NCBI GenBank assembly: GCA_050613775.1
Contig: JBODTK010000144.1
Coordinates: 124,001 to 188,000 of the forward strand
Length of the DNA: 64,000 nucleotides
Direction: 5' to 3'
DNA from: Neocallimastix sp. 'constans'
Taxonomy: Eukaryota
Shown: positions 23,338 through 34,077 of the stretch, piece after piece
How positions within the stretch are numbered: the first letter of the stretch is position 1
How the letters are laid out: every line of letters starts with the position of its first letter
Translations under genes and position numbers: made by a program
Notes under the pieces: model-generated
Told to the model about the DNA's origin: nothing
Databases searched by the model: none
The model's input: the letters and a program-made list of their open reading frames with translations, nothing else

Positions 23338-24179
23338 TGTAAAATAAAATACTTATCAAGTCTAGGTTTGTGGCTATTCTAAACTAACTTTACTACACTA
23401 ATAACACTATATCTTAAACCTCTATTATTTAATTAATTATTTTCTTTTTTAATTTCTTTTATTTATTTATTTTATTTATTAACTAATTTTCAACAACCAC
23501 TTAACTGGGTAACGCAGGGTCCTTTACCGGAAAGCCTACTAGCAGTTAAGATTTTAAAATAAAATTTAAAATAAAATTTGTTTTATAAAAGATAACTATT
23601 CTAATAATAGTTATAATACTAATTAATAAAATATAAAATTTGTACTATCTATCTTATCTATAATATTTCCTATACTATTCTATTTTCTAACTAAACTATA
23701 CTATTTTCTATACTATTTTCCAACTATCGTTCAATAGTTGAAAATTAACTCTTTTTATACTTTTTGAAAATTAAAATTTAAATTGAATAGATTGTAATAA
23801 ACTAACTAAAATATTATTATATATTTGTAATTACATTTAATAATAAATTACATGAATTTTTATGAGTTATTTTAATATAAAAACTATTTAAAACTATCTA
23901 ATATTTCTAAAAATAAATAAACAAAACGGCAAGTTTTTGTAAACAAACGGAAAAGGCAATATTCCTTTAATTATTTTAATTTAACTAATTAATGACTAAT
24001 TATTTTTTAATTTATGAAGTTTCGTGATTCAACTGAGTAATTGTTACGTAAATTCTCCAAATAATTTAGTCATAAATTTTTGAGAAAATTATTTAAATTA
24101 ATAATTTGGAATACATTTAAATTTATATTAAAAATTTGGAAAACATTTTTATCCACAATAATTTACATTACATTACATT

Positions 24180-25023
24180 TGTTATGGTTCGGGTTTTATT
24201 AGAATTTTATTTAATTAATTATTTATTTTTGATATTTTTCTGTCTACATTTTAATTATTGAAAAACTTCACTTATTTATACTTTTTGAAAAAAAATAAAT
24301 ATGTAAAGCCTTTCTACATTTTATTATCATATTTAAAAAAAAATATTTACTATTACTAATTACTTAAAATTTTATATTAATTTAAATTAACTAATTCATA
24401 AGTATTTTTATTTTAATAAATTTTGTTTACATAATTTTATATTATTTTTCATATACTAAAACTAAATTATTTAATATATACGAAAAGTAACAAACAAAAT
24501 TTAAAAAGATTTTACAGAAAAATAAAGTTATTTTAATCAAGAATGTTAATATAATATTCTTATATTTTATATAAAATAAATTTAAAAACTATAATATATT
24601 TAATATTTATTATTAATCAATTAAGATTTGATTTTATTTGTGGGGAATAAAAATATAAAATAATCAATTTAAAAATAAAATAAAATACTAAAAAGAATAC
24701 AAGTTTAATATTGATACAATATAATAATAATATAATAATATATTTGAAAATAAAAATAAAATATTAATATTGATAATAAACACTTTAATAAAATAATAAA
24801 ATTTAAGGTTAAATTATAGATATTGATATTAATAATAAAAATATAAAATTATTGATAATATTTTAGAAACTTTTAATAAAAATATAAAAAAAAATAAATA
24901 TATTTAGAAAATATTTTAGTATAGAAAATATAGTAAAGTAATATTAAGTAAAGAATAATATAATGGATTCTAAAGTAAGTTGAAATTCTAATTAATAATC
25001 CATTATATGTTCGTTCTTTACCA
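24180..25023. mobile_element. Solo LTR, family I (844 bp), inside the C 5' LTR
   Basis: Absent from the other C LTR; termini TGTTATGGTTC...CTTTACCA as in G; TSD CATT (24176-24179/25024-25027). Confidence 0.9.
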
Positions 25024-25079
25024 CATTTAAATACGTATTCAAATTATTAAATATTTTACACATGTAATGAAACTCATAA

Positions 25080-25664
25080 TGTTGAGGTTCATATTAGAAA
25101 AGGAGTGTGAACATTAAATAAATAGATAAATTAAATAACTATTAAATTACACTAAATGAATTTATTATTACACATTATAAATTTTATTTAAAGAATTATT
25201 ATTAAAAATATTTATTATTTATAAATTATATAATTATTTTATTGTTAAAAATAACTTTATTAATATTAATATTTATTATTATAACAATATGGGAAACCTT
25301 TCAATTATTATTCCTATTATCACTACTATTTTTACTATTTCTTTCCTCAGAAAGGCCCCCTTCATAAAATAATATGGATAATACATATTTTATATTATTT
25401 AATTACATTATTAAAACCAATCATATAAATTAATTAATTACATAAATTTAATATTTAATAAAATATAATTAATATAAAAATTATTAATATAGAATATAAG
25501 AAAATTATTAATAGTAAAGAATATAATAATATATTTTTATATAATAAATTATTAAAAATTTAATTAAAAATATCATTATTATTCTATTCTTTATCATGAT
25601 GCCCCCGCTAAAACTTTTGCTATACTATAGCAAAGGCAAATTTTCTTATATTATTAACTAAATA

Positions 25665-25700
<36 letters not shown>

Positions 25701-27915
25701 AACTATATAACTAAATAAAAATATAAATTTTTTTTTTTTTATATATATATATAATATTATCATTATTTCTTAAATTTAAAAATTTTTGTATATTTTAAAA
25801 TATATTTTAATATATGTATTAATTGAAATATTTAAATTAAATAATTTAATTTATATATTACCATATATTAAAAATTTTTCATAATAATTTTTAAAAGTTC
25901 CAAAAATTTCAGGATCAACTTGGATTGTACCAAAAAAAATTTTTTTTTTTATATTTCATCATAATTATTATTACTAATGTTCAATTATCCTCTTATTTAT
26001 TATATTCTTCTTGTTTTAAAGTTATTATTTCATTAAATTCTTTAATTCTATTTTCACATTGTTTTAATGAATTCTCTAAATCAGTGATATTAATATTATG
26101 TTCAAACTTCAATAATTCAATTTATGAAACTAAATGAATTTTCCATTTGATATATCACTAATTTATATTTTATTTTTATTTTATTTTAAATTACTACTTT
26201 TACCAAGTTTCAAAGATTCAATTTCACAATTTAATTTATTAATTTTCTTGGACTGTGAAGAATTGTTTCATTTGTAATATTTTCTTTTTTTAATTACTGA
26301 ATTGTTCTCTTCCTGAATTAAGAATATTTATGTTATCTTTATAGGGATTTTTCTTACTAATATTTTCTTCTTTTTTTGTAATTTGAATAAAATTATCTTC
26401 TTCAAAAATAATTTTCTCTTTTTATTTTTCTATAATTTGAATAATATTATATTCTTCAAAAATATTTTTCTTTAATTCACTTTTTTTTAATTCACTTATT
26501 TTATCTTTCAATCCAGTTATGCTTTGCATTAATAATTCTTCGTTTAAGATAACATCTGGAACTTGTTCTTCTCATATTTTGTTTAATTCTTAAAATGCTT
26601 AATGTAATTATATAATTTATTAAATTCCTCAATTGGAATTCTAATTATTGATCATAAAAAAAAATATAAAATTTATTATGTTCTAATAAATTTTCAATTA
26701 ATGTAATTATATAAACACTAAATAATATAATAAATATTATTATTTCTTAAAAATATATTGTAAATTATTTTTTTTTTTTTTCTATAATTTCTTCAAAATT
26801 TGCAATATTTTAAGTATTAATTTTATATTATAAACTAAATATAAATTATTTTAAATTAAAATTTTAAAATTATTCAATGTTTATTATATTGGAACTACCG
26901 CAGTAAACCAATATATTGTTAACTTTCTTCAAGTTCGAAAATCCTTTTTCGACACCCAAGAAAGTTTTTAAATAATTTTTATATATTTATTCCTTCAAGT
27001 TCGACACTCTCTGTCCGACACTTAAGGATTTAAAAAAAATTATTATACTTACCTTCAGGCTCAGCACTCTCTGGCTGACCACCTAAGGATTTTATTTAAA
27101 AATTAAAAATTTATTTGTTAGGCTCGAAATACTCTTCGACCACCTAACTAAAAAAAAAAAAAAAAAAATATAATTATTAAATTGAATTCATTTTAAAATA
27201 ATTCAATTTTTAACAATTCAATTTTAAATTTATATATATTATTTTTTACTTAAATTATTACTAAAATTTTATAATTAAATTTATAATTTCTTTGTATTAT
27301 TATTATGATCATTTAATTTTATATTATATTATATTCTATTATTTTTCTTATCTATTCATCAATGTTTTCACACTCCCCGATATCTCCACCAATTTTTATG
27401 TTGAGGTTCATATTAGAAAAGGAGTGTGAACATTAAATAAATAGATAAATTAAATAACTATTAAATTACACTAAATGAATTTATTATTACACATTATAAA
27501 TTTTATTTAAAGAATTATTATTAAAAATATTTATTATTTATAAATTATATAATTATTTTATTGTTAAAAATAACTTTATTAATATTAATATTTATTATTA
27601 TAACAATATGGGAAACCTTTCAATTATTATTCCTATTATCACTACTATTTTTACTATTTCTTTCCTCAGAAAGGCCCCCTTCATAAAATAATATGGATAA
27701 TACATATTTTATATTATTTAATTACATTATTAAAACCAATCATATAAATTAATTAATTACATAAATTTAATATTTAATAAAATATAATTAATATAAAAAT
27801 TATTAATATAGAATATAAGAAAATTATTAATAGTAAAGAATATAATAATATATTTTTATATAATAAATTATTAAAAATTTAATTAAAAATATCATTATTA
27901 TTCTATTCTTTATCA
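25080..27915 (-). mobile_element. Non-autonomous LTR element D (2.8 kb; LTRs 25080-25596 and 27399-27915)
   Basis: 517-bp direct repeats TG...CA; TSD ATAA; PBS TGGTGGAGATATCGGGG (27391-27375); PPT GCGGGGGCATCA; only stop-riddled coding remnants inside. Confidence 0.92.
26920..27150 (-). repeat. Four ~60-nt-spaced hairpin repeats in the D leader
   Basis: Units CTTCAAGTTCGA..TCGACACCCAAG, CCTTCAAGTTCGACA..TGTCCGACACTTAAGG, CCTTCAGGCTCAGC..GCTGACCACCTAAGG and TTAGGCTCGAA..TTCGACCACCTAA. Confidence 0.75.
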
Positions 27916-28947
27916 ATAACTGTAATAATTTAATTAAAAAATTATAATTAAATTATTAATCATTAATATTAGCTCTAACTGCTAATATTAAAGGTTTAGA
28001 AAAGAATCATACTTACCTATGGTTCTTTCTAATTATCGAGTTTATTATAACGAATTATAATAGACGAAACACTAAAATTGATAAGGAAAAGTTTTAATTA
28101 TAAAATTTGTTTTATTAAAATAATTTGTTTTATTATTTATTAAAAATTTTAAATGTTAAAACTTATTGTTATTATTATTATATTATAATTGTTATAATAA
28201 TAACTCTTGATTTCTCAAAGAGAACTCAAGAGCCTTATTTATACTTTTTTGTCAAAATAAGGTTAAAATCAAAAGAGGTTCTAATCTTAACAAATCTCTT
28301 ATCTAGGAAAAGACTAGAAGAAAAACCTAGATAAGTTTTTTGATCGATATTCTATCCATATCGATCATCGCGTTAATTAAGTAAAACCGATTACTTTTAA
28401 GAAGTAATTGGAAAAACCTTAATTAACCGATTACTTAATCTAATATAATGATCGAAAATAAAAGAATAAAATAATGAAAATTATTTCGATCATAAAATTT
28501 AAAATTTAATCTATTTAGTTCTATTTTATAGAACTTTACATAAAAAATATAAAACAATACATTAATAATAAAATACATGATCAATACAATACAGAATACA
28601 TGATAGAATACAGAATACATGATAGAATACAGAATACATGATAAAATACAGAATAGTGTTTTAGTTTATGATTTAATGAGTGAGAGAAAACTAAAACTAA
28701 TAAATTTAATAATTAAGTGAATAATTAAATAAATTTAATATTATTTTAAATGTATAAAAATTATTTAATTAAATAAATTTTTAATATTAAACTAAATAAA
28801 ATTTTAATATATAATTAAATAAATTATTAATTATAATTAATTGTATAAATGAAATATGAGTTAAATAAAAGTTATATTAATTATAACTTAACTAAGAAAA
28901 TATAATTATTTTGTTAAAAATAATTATAGATTCTTACATTGCTCCCT

Positions 28948-31900
28948 TTATGGTGATGGTTCCTTTAATCCTATGTCTCTTTCAGTATAAGGCTCCAACT
29001 GCGAGATATGAAATACCGGGTGTAAATGAAGATTTTCTGGTAATTCAAGCCGGTAGTTCATTCTTTCCCTCACTTCTATGACCTTAAAGGGTCCAAGATA
29101 CTGGTTAGAAAGCTTTTTTGCAGGTTCATTGGAGAAGTAATACCTTTTCAACCAAACCATGTCGTTAACATGGAAAGTAGGACCAGAAGCTTTCCTAGAG
29201 TCACCAAACTTTTTGAAATCTTCTTTAGCTTTGATAAGGTGCTTTTTAAGGGCATCAAAATGGGCAGACCAATCCATAGTAAGTACAGAGGCATTATCTT
29301 TTAAAAGAACAGGAGGAGAGTCAATATTGCATACTGGATTAAAACCATAATTTGCACAGAAAGGCGACATGTTTATAGATTTGTGAAATGAGTTGTTATA
29401 AGCCATTTCACAAAGAGGTAGATAAAAGCACCATTCATTTTGGGCAGTAGAACAGTAGCATCGTAAATATTGTTCGATTACGGAATTAGCCCTTTCGACT
29501 TGACCATTTGTTTGTTGGTGATGAGCAGTAGCGAGTCTTGGCTTAGTATTTAGAGCTGAGCAGAGTGAGGTCCAAAATTCAGAAGAGAACTGGGAGCCAT
29601 GATCAGAGACAATGATTTTAGGGAATCCATGATACCGAAAAACGTTGTAAAGGAGCATCTTGGCGGTCAGGTCAGCGGAAGGGACGTCGGAGCAAGGAAC
29701 TAAATGGATCATCTTTGTTAAGTGATCCGAAACCACCATAATACATGTGCAATCTTGTGAACTAGGTAACGAAACTATAAAATCAACCCCAATAATTTCC
29801 CATGGTTTATTGGGAACAGGCAACGGTTGAATTTTTCCGTAGGGTTTATGTCTACGAATTTTACACCTAGCACAAGTTGAACAAGAAAGTACATAATTAT
29901 GAATATCTTTCTTCATATTAGGCCACCAGTAGTATCTCTTGATTTTATCAAGAGTTTTGTCAATACCTTGGTGTCCGTTGGTGGGTGAGTCATGAAAAGA
30001 TTTCAAAATTCTTGCTCTTAAAGTGGATGGGACGATGATTCTGTTTTGGAAATGTAAGACCCCTTCATTTAAAGAAAATAAAGAACTTTTAACTGTGTTT
30101 GACTTAGTTTTAATCTTTTCTAAAATAGATTTGCAATATGTGTCAGCCGTTTGGGCATCAATCAAACTACTAATATTATCAGTGTTTGCACAACATAAGG
30201 CATTATCATCCAATAATGGACGGTCTTTGTTGTGGAGGGAAACCACGGAATTATAATCCGGACGTCTCGACGACGAATCTGGTTCACTACTCCTTGATCC
30301 ACAAAATTTGTCAGTCGGTTGGGTATCAATCAAGCTACTGATAATAGTGTTTGCACAACAAAAGGCATTATCATCCAATAAAGGACGGTCTTTGTTGTGG
30401 AGGGAAACCACGGATTTATAATCCGGACGTCTCGACAACGAATCTGGTTTACCACACCTTGATCCAGGTCTGAACGAAATCCTAAAGTCAAACTTAGAAA
30501 GAAAGAGGCTCCATCTTATCTGGCGTTGGTTTAAATGTTGAGGCTTTTTAAAATATAATAAATTCCTGTGATCGGTAATGATTTGAATAGGAAACTTAGC
30601 CCCTTCAAGGTGGTGACGCCAGGTTTCAAAAGCGGTGATAATAGCGAGTAGTTCCTTGTCATATATTGTATAATTTAATTCAGAAGATGACAAAGACCTA
30701 GAATGAAAAGCGACAGGGTGAAGTTCGTTATCCTTGTCACTGATTTGAAAAAGAATGCAACCCACAGCAAAATCACTGGCATCAGTTTCAACAGTGAATT
30801 CCTTATCTGGATCGGGGTAGATAAGGATTTCGTCTGTGGTAAAAGCAAGTTTTAATTTTTTGAAGGCATTCTCAGCATCATCATTCCATTTGAACTCGTT
30901 ATTCTTCTTGAGGAGTATTCTTAAGGGTTCCATAATTATGGCGAAATTCTTTATGAATTTCCTATAGTAGTTACAGAGTCCGAGGAAACTTTGAAGTTCA
31001 TTCATGTTTTTTGGAGTAGGCCATTCAAGAATTGATTTTACTTTGTTTTTATCCATAGAAAGGCCATTTATTGATACAACAAACCCTAAAAAAGTAGTTT
31101 CAGGAACGTGAAATTCACATTTTTCTAGTTTTACATAGAGACCATTTTTGACTAACAAGGAAAGGACATGATGAACATGTTTAATATGTTCAGTAAGGTT
31201 TTTCGAATATATTATAATGTCATCTAAGTAGACAAAGAGAAACAAGCCAATATCCTCAGAAAAAATGTCTTGGATAAAGCGTTGAAAAACCGAAGGAGCA
31301 TTACGTAAACCAAAAGGCATTACACGGTATTCAAAATGACCAAAAGGAGTACGAAAAGCAGTAAGGTATTCATGGCCTTTCTTGACATGAACTAAGTTAT
31401 AGGCAGATCTTAAGTCAAGCCGAGAGAAAATAATAGCACCTTTAAATGATTCTATCAAATCAGATATCCTAGGAATTGGATAGCTATTTCTGATAGTAAT
31501 TGAATTAGGTTTTCGGTAGTCAACGCAGAGTCTGAGAGAGCAGTCATGTTTTTTAACAAATAGCACTGGAGCACCAGTAGGAGATTTTTTAATTATTTCT
31601 TCATTTTTGTCAGAATCCTTCATTTTACTATCTTGAATTAAAACAGCACAGATATCCATATCGCTTAATTCGTCTTCAGATATGGAATCAGGAATTATAG
31701 AATCAAGAGAAGTTTCTCTCTTCTGTTCATTATTGGGTAAGAGAGAAGCAGTAATATCTGATGAATGGAAAACAAACCTATTACCCTTAGCAGAAGGGCA
31801 ATGGTTTTTACAGTAGCTTTCCAAGAAGTAAATTTTATTATTTTTGTAATCAATGTAAGGTGAATGAAGGCTTAACCAATCTCTTCCAAGGATTGCAGAT

Positions 31901-32943
31901 ACGTCTTGAAGTTGTAAATTGGCTATAAAGAATTCAAATGTTTCCGTATGGTCCATGAAAGTAAGCTTAAGACGTTTTGTAACTTGTTTTATAGCCATAT
32001 TCTTTTCATTAGGAAGTTTTACATTGATCGTATTTGAGAGGTTTGAATAAGGAATTTTGTTTGCTGTTACGAAGCTTTTGCAGAGATAACTTCTAGCAGA
32101 GCCCGAGTCAATAAGGATTCTGGTTTTAATCTTTTTGTTATTAACGGTTAACAAGAAAGTTGTAGTCATTTTATTATTATGACTTGGGGTGTAATTTGCT
32201 GATAAAATACTTCCATTGTCTCGTCCCTTATGGTGCTTATTGCGTTTAAATTTGTTTTCGGTCATGTTAGTTTCGTTTCTTTTTCGTTTGAAAGATTTAC
32301 TATTCTTTGGCTTGTAGTCATTGGTCTTTACTTTTTGCTTAAGTAAACATTTTCTATCAATATTGATAATAGAATTTGTTGCCTCAAATAAACTTTTAGG
32401 TTTGTCTAATTTATTGAACTCTGTTTTAACATCCTCAAGAAGACCTCTTTTGATTAGGTCAATGAATACATCGTCCGGCCATCCAATACGTCCAGCTAAC
32501 CTTCGAAATTCAATAGTATATAATGCGGCTCTTCCTAAATGAAGTTGTTTTAAGTTTAGAAGTTGTTCAATAAGAACATCCTTCTGTTCTTTAGTATCCC
32601 CAAAATTGCTTATCAAAATATCTTTAAAGGTGTCATAGCTTAACGAATTTAAAGTCCCATCAGCCTTCAATGAAAGTCCCCATTTCTTTGGAGGTCCATG
32701 TAACATGCTGATAACATAAGAAATTTTTAAGTCGTCCGTGGAAAAAGAGTTGGGATGTTTTTTAAAAAACAATTCACTCTGTTCCAGGAGCTCATTAACG
32801 TTAAGTTTGTTGTTATCAGCTAAGTCCTTGGATAACACTCCGTTGGCGGAAAAGAAGGTAGGAATAAATTCTGTTAAAGCTGTTATAAGCTTTGAGGATT
32901 CAACTTCACTTGGAATTTGGGCGTTATTACTATTGGATTCCAT
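28948..32943 (-). CDS. Element E Gag-Pol (no zinc knuckle, no chromodomain; in-frame RT deletion and linker duplication)
   Basis: LIDSGS, YLDD, TDAS, HHCC, VDFI/SDHG/VER motifs. Confidence 0.9.
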   Translation of the reverse strand: MESNSNNAQIPSEVESSKLITALTEFIPTFFSANGVLSKDLADNNKLNVNELLEQSELFFKKHPNSFSTDDLKISYVISMLHGPPKKWGLSLKADGTLNSLSYDTFKDILISNFGDTKEQKDVLIEQLLNLKQLHLGRAALYTIEFRRLAGRIGWPDDVFIDLIKRGLLEDVKTEFNKLDKPKSLFEATNSIINIDRKCLLKQKVKTNDYKPKNSKSFKRKRNETNMTENKFKRNKHHKGRDNGSILSANYTPSHNNKMTTTFLLTVNNKKIKTRILIDSGSARSYLCKSFVTANKIPYSNLSNTINVKLPNEKNMAIKQVTKRLKLTFMDHTETFEFFIANLQLQDVSAILGRDWLSLHSPYIDYKNNKIYFLESYCKNHCPSAKGNRFVFHSSDITASLLPNNEQKRETSLDSIIPDSISEDELSDMDICAVLIQDSKMKDSDKNEEIIKKSPTGAPVLFVKKHDCSLRLCVDYRKPNSITIRNSYPIPRISDLIESFKGAIIFSRLDLRSAYNLVHVKKGHEYLTAFRTPFGHFEYRVMPFGLRNAPSVFQRFIQDIFSEDIGLFLFVYLDDIIIYSKNLTEHIKHVHHVLSLLVKNGLYVKLEKCEFHVPETTFLGFVVSINGLSMDKNKVKSILEWPTPKNMNELQSFLGLCNYYRKFIKNFAIIMEPLRILLKKNNEFKWNDDAENAFKKLKLAFTTDEILIYPDPDKEFTVETDASDFAVGCILFQISDKDNELHPVAFHSRSLSSSELNYTIYDKELLAIITAFETWRHHLEGAKFPIQIITDHRNLLYFKKPQHLNQRQIRWSLFLSKFDFRISFRPGSRCGKPDSLSRRPDYKSVVSLHNKDRPLLDDNAFCCANTIISSLIDTQPTDKFCGSRSSEPDSSSRRPDYNSVVSLHNKDRPLLDDNALCCANTDNISSLIDAQTADTYCKSILEKIKTKSNTVKSSLFSLNEGVLHFQNRIIVPSTLRARILKSFHDSPTNGHQGIDKTLDKIKRYYWWPNMKKDIHNYVLSCSTCARCKIRRHKPYGKIQPLPVPNKPWEIIGVDFIVSLPSSQDCTCIMVVSDHLTKMIHLVPCSDVPSADLTAKMLLYNVFRYHGFPKIIVSDHGSQFSSEFWTSLCSALNTKPRLATAHHQQTNGQVERANSVIEQYLRCYCSTAQNEWCFYLPLCEMAYNNSFHKSINMSPFCANYGFNPVCNIDSPPVLLKDNASVLTMDWSAHFDALKKHLIKAKEDFKKFGDSRKASGPTFHVNDMVWLKRYYFSNEPAKKLSNQYLGPFKVIEVRERMNYRLELPENLHLHPVFHISQLEPYTERDIGLKEPSP

Positions 32944-33436
32944 TTTTACCTAAATTATAAATTATATTAACTATGAAATATATATATATGTTTATTATGA
33001 TTATAAGGTCATAGTTAGGAAGTTTTGGCGAAAGAAAACAGTTGAATAAGAAAATACTCAAGCATTTCCAGACGATTTTCCAGAAGCACGTTAGCAGTAA
33101 ACAGTAGTATGTACTTAATGACGGGAGCAGCTTGCCTATTACTGGTGTCATGTTCCCGCGTACACCACGATTGCAACCTACCACACATCGGATAGGCCAG
33201 TCCAGAGCTGCCCAGATCGCTGCCTGTGACAGATAAACTTAATCCGGAAACTGTTACCTAGATGCTAACACACTTCTGCTTCTAAGGTCTGTACTAAGTC
33301 TTGGTTCTTCTATATTGTTTCCTTGGCCTACTTCTTCCAGTTCTATTTCCCTAAAATCATGTAAACATATGTTAGTGTATTTATGTGTTCTTATTATTGT
33401 TATTATTTATTTTATTATTGCTCTTTATTGTTGTTT

Positions 33437-33486
<50 letters not shown>

Positions 33487-34065
33487 TATTTATCATTTAT
33501 CATTTATCATTTATCATTTATTATTTACTATCATTATTTATTATTATTTATTATTATTTATTATTATTTATTATTATTTATTATTATTTATTATTATTTA
33601 TTATTATTTATTATTATTTATTATTATTTATTATTATTTATTATTATTTATTATTATTTATTATTATTTATTATTATTTATTATTATTTATTACTATATA
33701 TCTATTCTTTTAATTTTTTATGATTTTAATTATTTATCCAACTAATTATTACTATTTACTTATTTTTTAATATTTAATTTATGGTTTATATTAATTTATT
33801 CTTATAATTTCTATACTAAATTATTAATTAATGATTTTTGATCTGATTTACTAGTATTATCTACTTATATTTTAATATTTAATTTATTTACTATATATTA
33901 ATTTATTTTTTTAATTTCTAGATTATTCTATATAATTTATATTATTTTATTTATTATTAATCATAAAAATTTTTATTGTACTACACTAAATTATTTTGTA
34001 CTACTTGATTCTAGAAATTAATTATATTATGAAATTAATTAACTATTCTATTAAACTATACTAAG

Positions 34066-34077
34066 AAGAGTTATTAT
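34066..34077 (-). promoter_or_regulatory. Self-priming PBS of E
   Basis: Minus-strand ATAATAACTCTT is complementary to AAGAGTTATTAT at 34365-34354, downstream of TATAAATA (34400-34393). Confidence 0.8.

Larger units (their letters stand above)
17588..25060 (-). mobile_element. Full-length Ty3/gypsy chromovirus C (LTRs 17588-18462 and 23338-25060, the latter interrupted by I)
   Basis: 875-bp TG...CA LTRs; TSD CATGT (17583-17587/25061-25065); PPT AAACAGAGGGGCA; intact ORF. Confidence 0.96.

Noticed and set aside
26920..27150. CRISPR-like repeat-spacer array
   Set aside because: Eukaryotic retroelement context, divergent repeats, low-complexity spacers and no cas genes.
28125..28620. Duplicated small ORFs (also 34282-34777)
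   Set aside because: They are duplicated only because they lie in the two E LTRs; no coding signature.
32950..33257. Spliceosomal intron in the E leader extending gag
   Set aside because: The GT-AG candidate gives an immediate stop after splicing; no support without RNA data.
33315..33745. Hydrophobic ORFs (also 39346, 43551, 46089, 50719, 55690)
   Set aside because: Translations of poly-T, TTA and ATTT low-complexity repeats.
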